Source: Vicugna vicugna (lineage: Eukaryota). From it: DNA of 64,000 nt. The first letter of the stretch is position 1. Each line of letters opens with the position of its first letter. Shown piece after piece: positions 1 through 10,170 of this stretch. The position numbers and the translations under genes are program-made. A model generated the notes under the pieces. It worked only from the letters and a program-made list of their open reading frames with translations, was not told where the DNA came from and did no database searches. The stretch is from the NCBI GenBank assembly GCA_013265495.1, contig MU058449.1, positions 420,176 through 484,175 on the forward strand, read 5' to 3'.

Positions 1-383
1 AAGCCAGAAAGAGAAAGAAAAATACCATATGAGATCGCTCATATGTGGAATCTAAAAAACAAAAGCAAACAAACAAACAAAAACAAAGCATAAATACAGG
101 ACAGAAATAGACTCATGGACAGAGAATACAGACTTGTGGTTACCAGGGGGGTAGAGGGTGGGAAGGGATAGACTGGGATTTCAAAATTGTAGAATAGATA
201 AACAAGATTACACTGTATAGCACAGGGAAATATACACAAAATGTTATGATAAATCACAGAGAAAAAAATGTGACAATGAGTGTGTATATGTCCATGAATG
301 ACTGAAAAATTGTGCTGAACACTGGAATTTGACACAACATTGTAAAATGATTATAAATCAATAAAAAATGTTAAAAAAAAAAA
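1..383 (+). mobile_element. 3' end of a young LINE-1 (end of ORF2, 3'UTR, poly-A); continues beyond the window start
   Basis: 2..55 encodes [17 protein letters not shown], matching the C-terminus of the L1 ORF2s at 4162 and 28296. It is followed by a 3'UTR with a G-rich tract, AATAAA at ~360 and an A tail at 373-383. Confidence 0.95.
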
Positions 384-1826
384 GAGAATATAAAGGAGGT
401 GACAAAAGACTATGGAGATATATTTTCTCACATTACATGTGGAGAAAGAGAAGAATAAATTATGTAATTAATCATTTCCAAATTATAAGTTTCTATTTTA
501 AAGACTAAGAATGCTAAACATAAATATGAAAAATATAAATATAATTTGTGATAGACTTAGGAAAAATGAACACTTTTCCAGTTTCCCTTAAGTAAGAACT
601 TCAAGATAATCACAATGATTTTTATAAAATCTCAATAAATTAGTTGTGCTTTAATATTTTGTGTATATATATATACACATATAATGTGCATATATTATCT
701 GTATATATATATTATATTTGACACTTTTACTTTAGTTGTGTCACTTCAACTTCAGGGTATTTTATGTGATGTTAAAATAAAAACTCATAAACATCTCTAA
801 TGGAAACTCTGTTGGCAAGGGTTTGAATAAATAATAAAATGTGGTAACACAAATAAGAATGATAATATTAATGGCTAATAATTATTTTGTGTGTTACTAT
901 AAACAACATTTAGGACACTATACTGATTGCTTTATAAAAATTATATAATTAAGTCTTAATGCTTAATTTTAAAATAAAACTATATTTATAAAATAAGTAA
1001 ATTGAGGATCATTGAAACATATATTAAAGACAGAATTAGGACCAAACTTAAAATTCTGTTTAACTGTTGAGGTCATATGAGCAAAGACAGGACAAAGGAA
1101 GCAACAATTAGGAAATCAGTCTAAAAATAAGGTAGAAAACAAATAGAACTAAGAAGGTAAAAGTAAGAAACCTTTTAGGCTGTAAGTGGTTTCTTTATTT
1201 ACATTTATGTCACAGTTTGTTCTATGAAACCTAGATATACTTGTGACAAACTCTACACAAAAATTCTTAGTGAAGCTTTTTTCCTTACTTGCATCGCATG
1301 TACAAAATCAGTACTTAATCTATGACACAGTTTTGGATGTTAAAAATATTTATGATGAAATCACAAAATATAGTCCTCATAATGGAATGAAAATGACTGA
1401 TTTCTGAATACTGGGGAAAAAGGAAACAAAAGAAGCGATAAGAGGGGTTGCAAAGTAAAGAGAGAGAAACAGAGTCAAATGGACACAAAAAGGGAGTGAG
1501 AATCATCAAAAAAAAATCCACAGGAATGCTATAGGGTAGCTAGTGCACAAAAAAAAAGCGTTACATTCTCTAAATTCTACTTCATACCTACTTATACTAG
1601 TGATCAAAAGACACATATGAAGACTGTGATGGGCCATCACTTACCATATGAATTGGATAACAAAGCTTAGATTTTTACTCCCTGAACTCACTAAAATAGT
1701 TACAGAAGGGAGCCAACATATGTAAAGATTTCTTTAATCACATTTAAATGTACATAATATAACAAGGTGTTTTTATGCTCAAAATTCCCATCTCATACAT
1801 TATAGGTGTGATTCCTTTTCAATCCC

Positions 1827-2763
1827 TTATTTTGGTAATAGTATGTTCTTCACACGATCATAGATCTGCTTGGTTCTGACTCCATATATAACAGGGTTGA
1901 GCATTCGTGGCACTACGACATAAAGATTGGCCAAAAGTATGTGAATATAGCGGGGGACATTTCGGCCAAAGCATTGTGTCATGAAGGAAAAGAGGGCTGG
2001 TGTGTAGAAGGCAAGGATTACACAAACATGGGAACCACATGTGCTAAGAGACTTGTGTCGGGCTTCACTGGAAGGAAGACAAAAAACAGCACGGAGTATA
2101 TGAACATAAGAAATGGCAATGGCTATGATGTCAAACACCAGGATTGAAATAGCACCTAAGCCATAGATGATATTGATCTTGATGCTGGCACAAGACAGAC
2201 GAGCAAGAACCCATATATTCACAGTAGGTATGGGGGATGACTTGCTTCCCACAGAAGGGCAGTCGCAAAATGAGAAATACGAATGGAATAACAGAAATAA
2301 ATGATCTCATTAACACACCAAGACTGATCACAGAAATAACCTTGTTGGTGAGGATGGTGCTATATCGGAGTGGGTTGCAGACAGCCACATAGCGGTCATA
2401 AGCCATTGCCAAGAGGACTGCGGATTCCATACCAGTGAAGTTGTGAATGAAAAACATCTGGGTGAGGCAGGCTTCAAAGATGATCTCCCTGAGACCAAAC
2501 CAGAAGATCCCAAGCATCTTAGGGATGGTAGCTGTGGAGAGACCCAAATCAATGGTAGCCAACATGGCCAGGAAGTAGAACATAGGCCGGTGTAGGCTGC
2601 GCTCAGCCTGGATCACAAGCAGGATGGTGAAGTTCCCTAGGAGTGCAACCACATACACAGCACAAAAGGGAAAGCCAATCCAAATGTGGAGTGTTTCCAG
2701 TCCTGGGATTCCCAGCATCAAGAAGAACGAGGGATGAAACTGGGTATCATTGAGAATGGACAT
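1827..2763 (-). pseudogene. Olfactory receptor family 52 subfamily E pseudogene (OR52E2/OR52E3-like), 1-bp frameshift
   Basis: ORF 2131..2763 has the N-terminal OR motifs ([24 protein letters not shown]). ORF 1827..2252 has the C-terminal motifs ([22 protein letters not shown]). One extra base at 2208-2209 gives ATG GGT TCT TGC versus ATG GGT CTT GCT in the paralogue at ~37443. Other conserved motifs have also decayed: CEHM>CEYM, HRFG>QCFG, PPML>PRML. Confidence 0.92.
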
Positions 2764-2852
2764 CCTGCTTGGTAATACATAAGTCTATGTTCCTTACATA
2801 AATCTGTTCACCAGTCTTCAGGCTACCAGGTAAAGCCCTGCAATGTTTTAAA

Positions 2853-2880
2853 CCTAAGGAAAAATAAGAACACCTTAGAA
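2853..2880 (-). promoter_or_regulatory. Putative splice acceptor of the OR pseudogene coding exon
   Basis: Minus strand reads gtgttcttatttttccttAG|gttt (AG at 2855-2854), about 90 nt upstream of the ATG at 2763. Confidence 0.6.
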
Positions 2881-3886
2881 TTGTGTTCATTCTCTTCCTC
2901 AGTTAATTTACACAATTAGAAATTTAGTACATAAAGAGGAATGTGAAAAAGTGAATTCTCAATGAGAAAGCTTTGGAATAAGTTACACAGTAGATTGTAT
3001 TTTAAAATTCTGTAGAACATATTCATCTTCTTAGCACCTTTCTGTATTAATTTGCAATTGTTTCATCACTAGTATTATGCTAAGATTTTGCTTAAGTGCC
3101 TACTTTATGAATTATCTTCTCTTATCATCACCAACGTAATGTATTTTCAATTTTGACATAAATAGGGCTTTGTCAGTCTCTATAGTTATGTCTATTGTTC
3201 CATTTGATTAGATGGTAACACACAGTTACTAATACATAAGATTTGTAATAAGGGTTCATGAACACCATATTCATTAAAATGTAATTTAAATTATTAAAAA
3301 TAAACCTAAAGGATTAAAATCAACCCAGTTGTTAATATTTATTCATTATTATTACAAGATAAGAAGTAAATGTAGTTATAACAGCAGCATCAACTATGAT
3401 TTATTAAGGTACTGAACCTGTGAAAATATCCTTAGTTTTTATAAACACACATAAAAGAACATTTTAACCCTATTTTTACATATGGATCTGAACCTCAAAT
3501 AGTTTAAAAGACTTGCAAAATGCTTAGAATGCTTATAGTTACAGAGCTATAGAAAGAAAATAGAGGAGAAAATAGTAAATTGAAATGGAAAGAGAATGGA
3601 AATAAGGAGAAGATAATTCATGCCTCACTCATGTCATACATACACAGTTCCCTCTCCTCCACATGCATTCACACAAACACCTAATCTCTTTTAAACTCAC
3701 ATCCATCTGAATATGAGATGTCAGTATCTTCATTATAAATCTAAGGCAATCATAATTGTAACAGTTTAGGATACATAGCAAATATGTTGAAGAAAAGACT
3801 AGATAGGAAGCAAGCTAAATCTATCATTTTCAAAATTACCTAAACTGTTCTTACATATTTTCTTGTATTTTACTCTGGCAATTGTT

Positions 3887-5199
3887 TTTTTTTTTTTTAC
3901 ATTTTTTATTGATTTACAATCATCCCACAATGTTGTGTCAAATTCCAGTGTTCAGCACAATCCTCCAGTCACTCATGGACACATACACACTCATTGTCAC
4001 ATTCTCCTCTCTGTGATCCATCATAACATTTTGTGTATATTTTCCTGTGCTATACAGTGTAATCTTGTTTATCTATTCTACAATTTTGAAATCCCAGTCT
4101 ATCCCTTCCCACCCTCTACCCCCCTGGTAACCACAAGTCTGTATTCTCTGTCCATGAGTCTTTAGATTCCACATATGAGCGATCTCATATGGTATTTTTC
4201 TTTCTCTTTCTGGCTTACTTCACTTAGAATGACATTCTCTAGGAGCATCCATGTTGCTGCAAATGGCATTATGTTGTCGGTTTTTATGGCTGAGTAGTAT
4301 TCCATTGTATAAATATACCACCTCTTCTTTATCCAGTCACCTGTTGATGGACATTTAGGCTGTTTCCATGTTTTGGCTATTGTAAATAGTGCTGCTATGA
4401 ACATTGGGGTGCAGGTGTCATCCTGAAGTAGATTTCCTTCTGGGTACAAGCCCAGGAGTGGGATTCCTGGGTCATATGGTAAGTCTATTCCTAGTCTTTT
4501 GAGGAATCTCCACACTGTTTTCCATAGTGGCTGCACCAAACTGCATTCCCACCAGCAGTGTAGGAGGGTTCCCCTTTCTCCACAGCCTCTCCAGCATTTG
4601 TCATTTTTGGATTTTTGAATGACGGCCATTCTGACTGGTGTGAGGTGATACCTCATTGTAGTTTTGATTTGCATTTCTCTGATAATTAGTGATATTGAAC
4701 ATTTTTTCATGTGTTTTTTGATCATTTGTATGTCTTCCTTGGAGAATTGCTTGTTTAGGTCTTCTGCCCATTTTTGGATTGGGTTGTTTATCTTTTTCTT
4801 ATTGAGTCGTATGAGCTGCTTATGTATTTTGGAGATCAAGCCTTTGTCGGTTTCACTTGCAAAAATTTTCTCCCATTCCGTAGGTTTTCTTCTTGTTTTA
4901 TTTCTGGTTTCCTTTGCTCTGCAGAAGCTTGTAAGTTTCATTAGGTCCCATTTGTTTATTCTTGCTTTTATTTCTTCTAGGAGAAAATTTTTGAAATGTA
5001 TGTCAGATAATGTTTTGCCTATGTTTTCCTCTAGGAGGTTTATTGTATCTTGTCTTATGTTTAAGTCTTTAATCCACTTTGAGTTGATTTTTGTATATGG
5101 TGTAAGGGTGTGTTCTAGCTTCATTGTTTTACATGCTGCTGTCCAGTTTTCCCAACACCATTTGCTGAAGAGACTGTCTTTATTCCATTGTATATTCTT
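3887..5199 (-). mobile_element. 5'-truncated young LINE-1 (~1.3 kb) with 18-bp TSD
   Basis: ORF 4162..5124 is nearly identical to the C-terminus of the ORF2 at 28296..32093. Poly-T lies at 3887-3898. The TSD tttactctggcaattgtt is at 3869-3886 and 5198-5215. The pre-insertion nick site is TGTT/AC. Confidence 0.97.
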
Positions 5200-6140
5200 T
5201 ACTCTGGCAATTGTTACATGAGTATTTTCAAAGAATTTGATCAGTCATTACTTGTATTTGTTTTGTAGTAAAAAGTGGCTTTTCATCATTTTATATTATT
5301 GGAAGATGCCAGGAGAATAATGATAATTATGATCACAGTTTTACTAAGACCATCAGGTATTATCTAGACATCCATATATGGGAAGCAAAGCCAAAAAGAG
5401 GGTGGAGCCCTTGATAAAAAGATAGAAGGAGCAGAAAAGTATGTTTGAGGAAATGGGAAACTTCTAGGAGGAAATAGTAAACATTTGAAAAGAAGAGAAG
5501 CTAAAAATAATAGATACAGTTTGTAAGAGATACTCTGTGAACATTCTTTGAGAATAGTCTTTCTTCCAGAATGTTCTGGCCTCATAACGTTCTGGCCTTT
5601 TTAGAGTATCCACTCTTAAAAGGTGTTTTATGGACAACACAAAGAGTGAAATTAGGATTCAATTATAGAAGCAAAATTTTCTGTGATTTATTAACATAAT
5701 TGCTAACTGCAGATCCTTTTATTAAGTAATTTTTTATATTCCTAAATAACACCTCTGAGGATTAGGAATGTCAGCAGTAGTCTCAGGAAGTTATAAAAAT
5801 AATGTTTTCCTTTTTCATTATACCTATATTCAGTAGATCCTCAGTAAACAAGAAAATTACATTAGCTAATAGGTAGAAAGCTCATCATTAAATTGAAAAA
5901 TAAGCCAAATTTCTGGTTTGTTGTTAGAGAGAGAGATGGTATTATATTTTGTGTTTAAAAATTATCTCTCGATTCAGATAATTATGTCCTACAATGGGGC
6001 CTCAGTAGTTGGTTCAGTAGAGAGTCAGTGATATGATACCCAAGCAGAAAGACTTGTAAGACATATATAGAACAAGGAAATTTTGTGCTTGTCTGTCTTA
6101 ATGTCATTACCATTCAGTGAATTGACTAGATCAAAAATCA

Positions 6141-6290
6141 AATTGTAACTATGTATGGTGATTACGGATGTTAACTAGACTTATTGTGGTGATCAGTTCA
6201 CAATATGTACATTATGTTGTCCACTTGAAAGTAACATAACATTATATGTAAATTATATCTAAATTTTTAAAAATAGTTTGAAAAAGAAAA
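6141..6290 (+). mobile_element. Old L1 (L1MA/L1MB-type) 3' end fragment
   Basis: ggatgttaactagacttattgtggtgatca...atgttgtccacttgaaagtaacataacattatatgtaaattatatct followed by an A-rich tail resembles old mammalian L1 3' termini. Confidence 0.6.
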
Positions 6291-6929
6291 AAGAAAGAAA
6301 AAATCTGAATAGCAGCCTCCCCCTATACACACACATTAAAAAAAAAAGAAACTAATTTTACTTTTCCAGCATCTTTAAAAGCAGTGCATTTGTCTCCATC
6401 ATAATGGGACTAGTTCAAGTCATCATGTTTTCTTGGATTTATTTACAACATAGAACTTTACAATACTTAAAGGCATGAGCTCTGTAGTCAGACTAATTGT
6501 GTTGAAAGCCAACTTCATGACATATTCACTCTGTAATCAAAGAAAAGTAAATAACAAGCATTTTTCCTCTATAAAAGAGATAATAAAGATAAAAATCCTA
6601 AATATCTTGCTAGTTTTAAACAGATTCTTTAAAAAAATACTTTGAACATTTGAACCTATTCCAAAGATACTGTTATCTATTGTTCTTTAGAGATTAGGAG
6701 AGTGATTTTTCTAAAATGCACACAAGATGGATTCAGGCTGAAATCCAAATATTTATACTAGGATCATGTGGTCCTTTCTAAATGTAGTCTTATGTATTCT
6801 CTAAGTTTCAGTCTAGTCTTCTTTTCCCCAAACCTACCCGATGTCTCTTTCCTTTCTCTTTCATTCCTCTTCCTTCCCTTTGTCCATCATTGTGTCCTAT
6901 GGGTGCAGTGTGAACTGGGGTAAGGGAAG

Positions 6930-7110
6930 GCTCACCAGACTGAGCACCAGGATGAAATTCTGTCTGTCTTTTGTAGACACCTGCTCTGTCTTTATGAGGG
7001 CATTGCTGTTTGCCTGGGCAGAGCTTTCAATGGAAAATATCCCAGGGCCAATTTTTTGAAGGACAAAAGTTCTCTGAGGATTCTAGTGCTAACCTAGCTC
7101 TGAGTCAAAA
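6930..7110 (-). promoter_or_regulatory. Putative promoter and non-coding first exon of the OR52E pseudogene
   Basis: Donor CTG|GTGAGC (exon ends at 6936), CATAAA at 6996-6991, O/E(EBF)-like TCCCAGGGC at ~7040-7048 and TGAGTCA at 7101-7107. The block is homologous, inverted, to 27500-28062. Confidence 0.6.
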
Positions 7111-7179
7111 GGAAAGAGCCATTAGGGAGCCCTGGGTTCTGAGAAAAATGTGGCAAAAAAAAAAAGTGAGGTTTAGGTT

Positions 7180-7460
7180 TGGAAGATGACAGAATAGGAG
7201 GTCTTTGTACTCTTCCCTCGTGGAGGCACCCATTTAGCAAGTGGAAATGGATGAAAATACCTTTATGAGAGTTCCAGAATCTAGATGCAAGGTTACAGGA
7301 CCCTGGTGGAGCACAGAATAAGAAAAGACAGATTAATAAGAATAAGTAGAAAAATTTCATGTCACACACATCAGCCCTTCCCTAGCCTGGCACTGCTCTG
7401 CACCAAAAGATTTCCTCAGCCCATGAGTTCTCTCATGGGAGGACAAGAGAGCAAGCCCGC
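7180..7460 (+). mobile_element. Ancient L1M 5'UTR fragment
   Basis: Begins ggaagatgacagaataggagg, like the AAGATGGCGGAATAGGA start of old L1M 5' ends, and continues with gagagttccagaatc...ggagcacagaa...gaaaagac. Family assigned from recall. Confidence 0.55.
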
Positions 7461-7518
7461 CCTTATACATGCCTGTGTACACATACATATAATATGTATT
7501 TACGCAGTGTCCAATCTT

Positions 7519-9469
7519 GTTTTTTTAATTGAAGTATAGTAGGTTTACAAAGTTGTGTTAATTTCTGGTGTACAGCATGGTGATTCAGTTATATCTATTC
7601 GTTTTCATATTCTTTTTTTATAGACTATTACAAGGTGTTGACTATAGTTCCCTGTGCTATACAGTAGGATTTTGTTGTTTATCTGTTTTATATATAGTAG
7701 TTAGTATCCGCAAATCCCAAAGTTCCAATTTATCCCTCCACCCTACTCTCCCTTTCCCATTTGGTAACCATGAGTTTGTTTTCTATGTCTGTGAGTCAGT
7801 TTCTGTTTTATAAATACGTTCATTTGTCTCATGTTTTTTAGATTCCACTATAAGTGATATTTTATGATATTTTTCTTTCTCTTTCTGGCTTACTTCACTT
7901 AGTATGACAGTCTTCAGGTCCATTCATGTTGCTGCAAGTTGCATTATTTTATTTCTTTTTATGTCTGAGTAGTATCCCATTCTGTATATCTATACATACA
8001 GTACAACTTCTTTATCCAGTTATCTGTCAATGGACATTTAGGTTTCTTCCATGTCTTGGCTATTGTAGATAGTGCTGCTATGAACATTGGGGTGCATGTG
8101 TCTTTTCAAATTAGAGTTTCCTCCAGACTCCAGATATATGCCCCAGAGTGAGACTGCTGGATCATATGGTAAATCTATTTTTAGTATTTTGAAAAAACCC
8201 CATACTGTTTTCCATGATGGCTGCACCAAACTACACTCCCACCAGCAGTGTAGGAGAGTTCCCTTTTCTCCACACCCTCTCCAGCATTTATTGTTCATCG
8301 ACTTTTGAATGATGGCCATTCTGACTGGTGTAAGGTGATATCTCATTGTAGTTTTGATTTGAATTATTTCTCTGATAATTAGTAGTATTGAGCATTTTTT
8401 CATGTGCCATTGATATGTCTTCATTGGAGAATTGCTTGTTTAGGTCTTCTGCCCATTTTTTTTTTTGAGTTTTTGTTGTTGTTGAGTTGTATCAGTTGTT
8501 TTGTATATGTTGGAGATTAAGCCCTTGTCAGTCTCATCATTTGAAAATATTTTCTCCCATTCCATAGGTTATCTTTTTGTTTTGCTTATGATTTCCTTTG
8601 CTATGCAAAAGCTTATAAGTTTAATTAGGTCTCATTTGCTTATTTTTGCTTTTATTTCTATTGCCTGGCTAGACTACCCTAGGAGAAAATTGCTACAATT
8701 TAAATCAGAAAATGTTTCGCCTTTGTTTTCTTCTAGGAGATTTATAGTGTCTTGTCTTTAAGCCATCTTGAGTTTATATTTATATATGGTGTGAGGGAGT
8801 GTTCTAACTTCATTGATTTACATGCAACTGCCTGACTTTCCCAATACCACTTGTGAAGAGGCTGTCTTTTCTCCACTGTATAATTCTGGCCTCTCTATTC
8901 TGTTCCTTTGATCCATATGTCTGGTTTTGTGCCAACACCACGCTGTTTTGATTACTGTAGCTCTATAGTTTTGTCTGAAGTCTGGGAAGGTTATTCCTCC
9001 AGCTTCATTCTTTTTATTCAGTATTGCTTTGGCAATTCTGGGTCTTTTGTGATTCCATATAAATTTTAGGATTATTTGTTCTAGTTCTGTGAGAAACGTC
9101 TTTGGGTAATTTGATAGGGATTTCATTAACTCTGTAGATTGCTTTGGATAGTATGGCCTTTTTAACAATATTAATTCTTCCAATCCAAGAGCATGGAATA
9201 TCTTTCTTTCTTTAAATCATCTTTAATTTCTTGATCAAAGTTTTACAGTTCTCCTCATATAAATCTTTCACTTCCTTGGTCAGGTTTATTCCTAAGTGTT
9301 TTATTTTTTGATACATTTTTAAAGGAATTTCTTTTTTCACTTTCCTTTTCTGATATTTCATTGTTAGTGTAAAAAGAATGCAACAGATTACTGTATATTA
9401 ATCTTGTGTCCTGCTACCTTGCTGAATTCTTTTATCAGCTCTAGTAGTTTTGTGTGAAATCTTTGGGTT
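7519..9469 (-). mobile_element. Older degraded LINE-1 (3' part of ORF2 plus 3'UTR)
   Basis: Broken ORF2 pieces 8038..8424 ([33 protein letters not shown]) and 8818..9183 ([13 protein letters not shown]). The 3'UTR differs from the young family. Frameshifts and stops are present. Confidence 0.92.
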
Positions 9470-9919
9470 ATGGTATAAAATTTTAAAGTTTAATATGATT
9501 TAAATATTTAAAATCACATGAATATAAAATTATGAAATAAAATTAAACCAAATATTAAGGTGACATTAAAATTGATTTTCTTTTATGTTCTCTCAAATGA
9601 AAAATAAAAAGGCACTACTTAAAACAAAGGGACTAGACACTGTCTTTACTTTTTTATTCATACATATGATATTTTTAACAATGAACAATTCTCTCCCTCA
9701 TAAAACAAACAAACAAAAAATGAACAATTCTGAGATTCAAGCAGTCCTGCTGAGAATCAGGCCCCAGACAGCCAGGGAAGACTTATCCTTCTTCCATCAC
9801 CCCTTTCTTGGATCTTCCTGTTGTTAAGATATCAGCTCTAAAGTCTTAGAACCTGAATTCTGAACTCAAATCTCTAACTCCCAAATGGTTTCTTTCCCTG
9901 ACACTATGGAGACCATGCC

Positions 9920-10170
9920 CACTCAGTGCCCATGGGAGCCTCAGAAATTGCAGAACATGTCTATAACTGAGCTCATCTGGAAAAGCTGTAAGTCATGGAG
10001 TGTCCCTCAGGCGAGATGCTGATCCCTACAGAAGCCCTGGTGAGATAAGGCAATGCAGTTGCTCTCATTTGTGTCCTGGGCTAGCTGGACCGCAGCCAGA
10101 TGGAAGGTTTCAGGGCTCTAGTCAGAACAAACAGGCTCTGAAAACAGGCTCATATAAAAAGTTTCTTGGG
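9920..10170 (+). promoter_or_regulatory. Candidate promoter/first-exon region for the OR52S-like gene
   Basis: Locally GC-richer unique DNA with O/E-like CCCATGGGA (9929-9937), donor-like CT|GTAAGT (9988-9993) and TATAAAA at ~10153, about 4 kb upstream of the CDS. Motif evidence only. Confidence 0.3.

Noticed and set aside
2208..2209. Frameshift as a mere sequencing error in an intact gene
   Set aside because: Not excluded, but it is not in a long homopolymer, and the gene has several independent lesions in conserved motifs, which favours a real pseudogene.
7094..7369. Minus-strand ORF starting MKFFYLFLLICLFLFCAPPG, resembling a beta-defensin signal peptide exon
   Set aside because: There is no GT donor at the expected position and no six-cysteine exon was seen. 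The plus strand reads as an old L1M 5'UTR, and its A-rich content explains the hydrophobic antisense translation.
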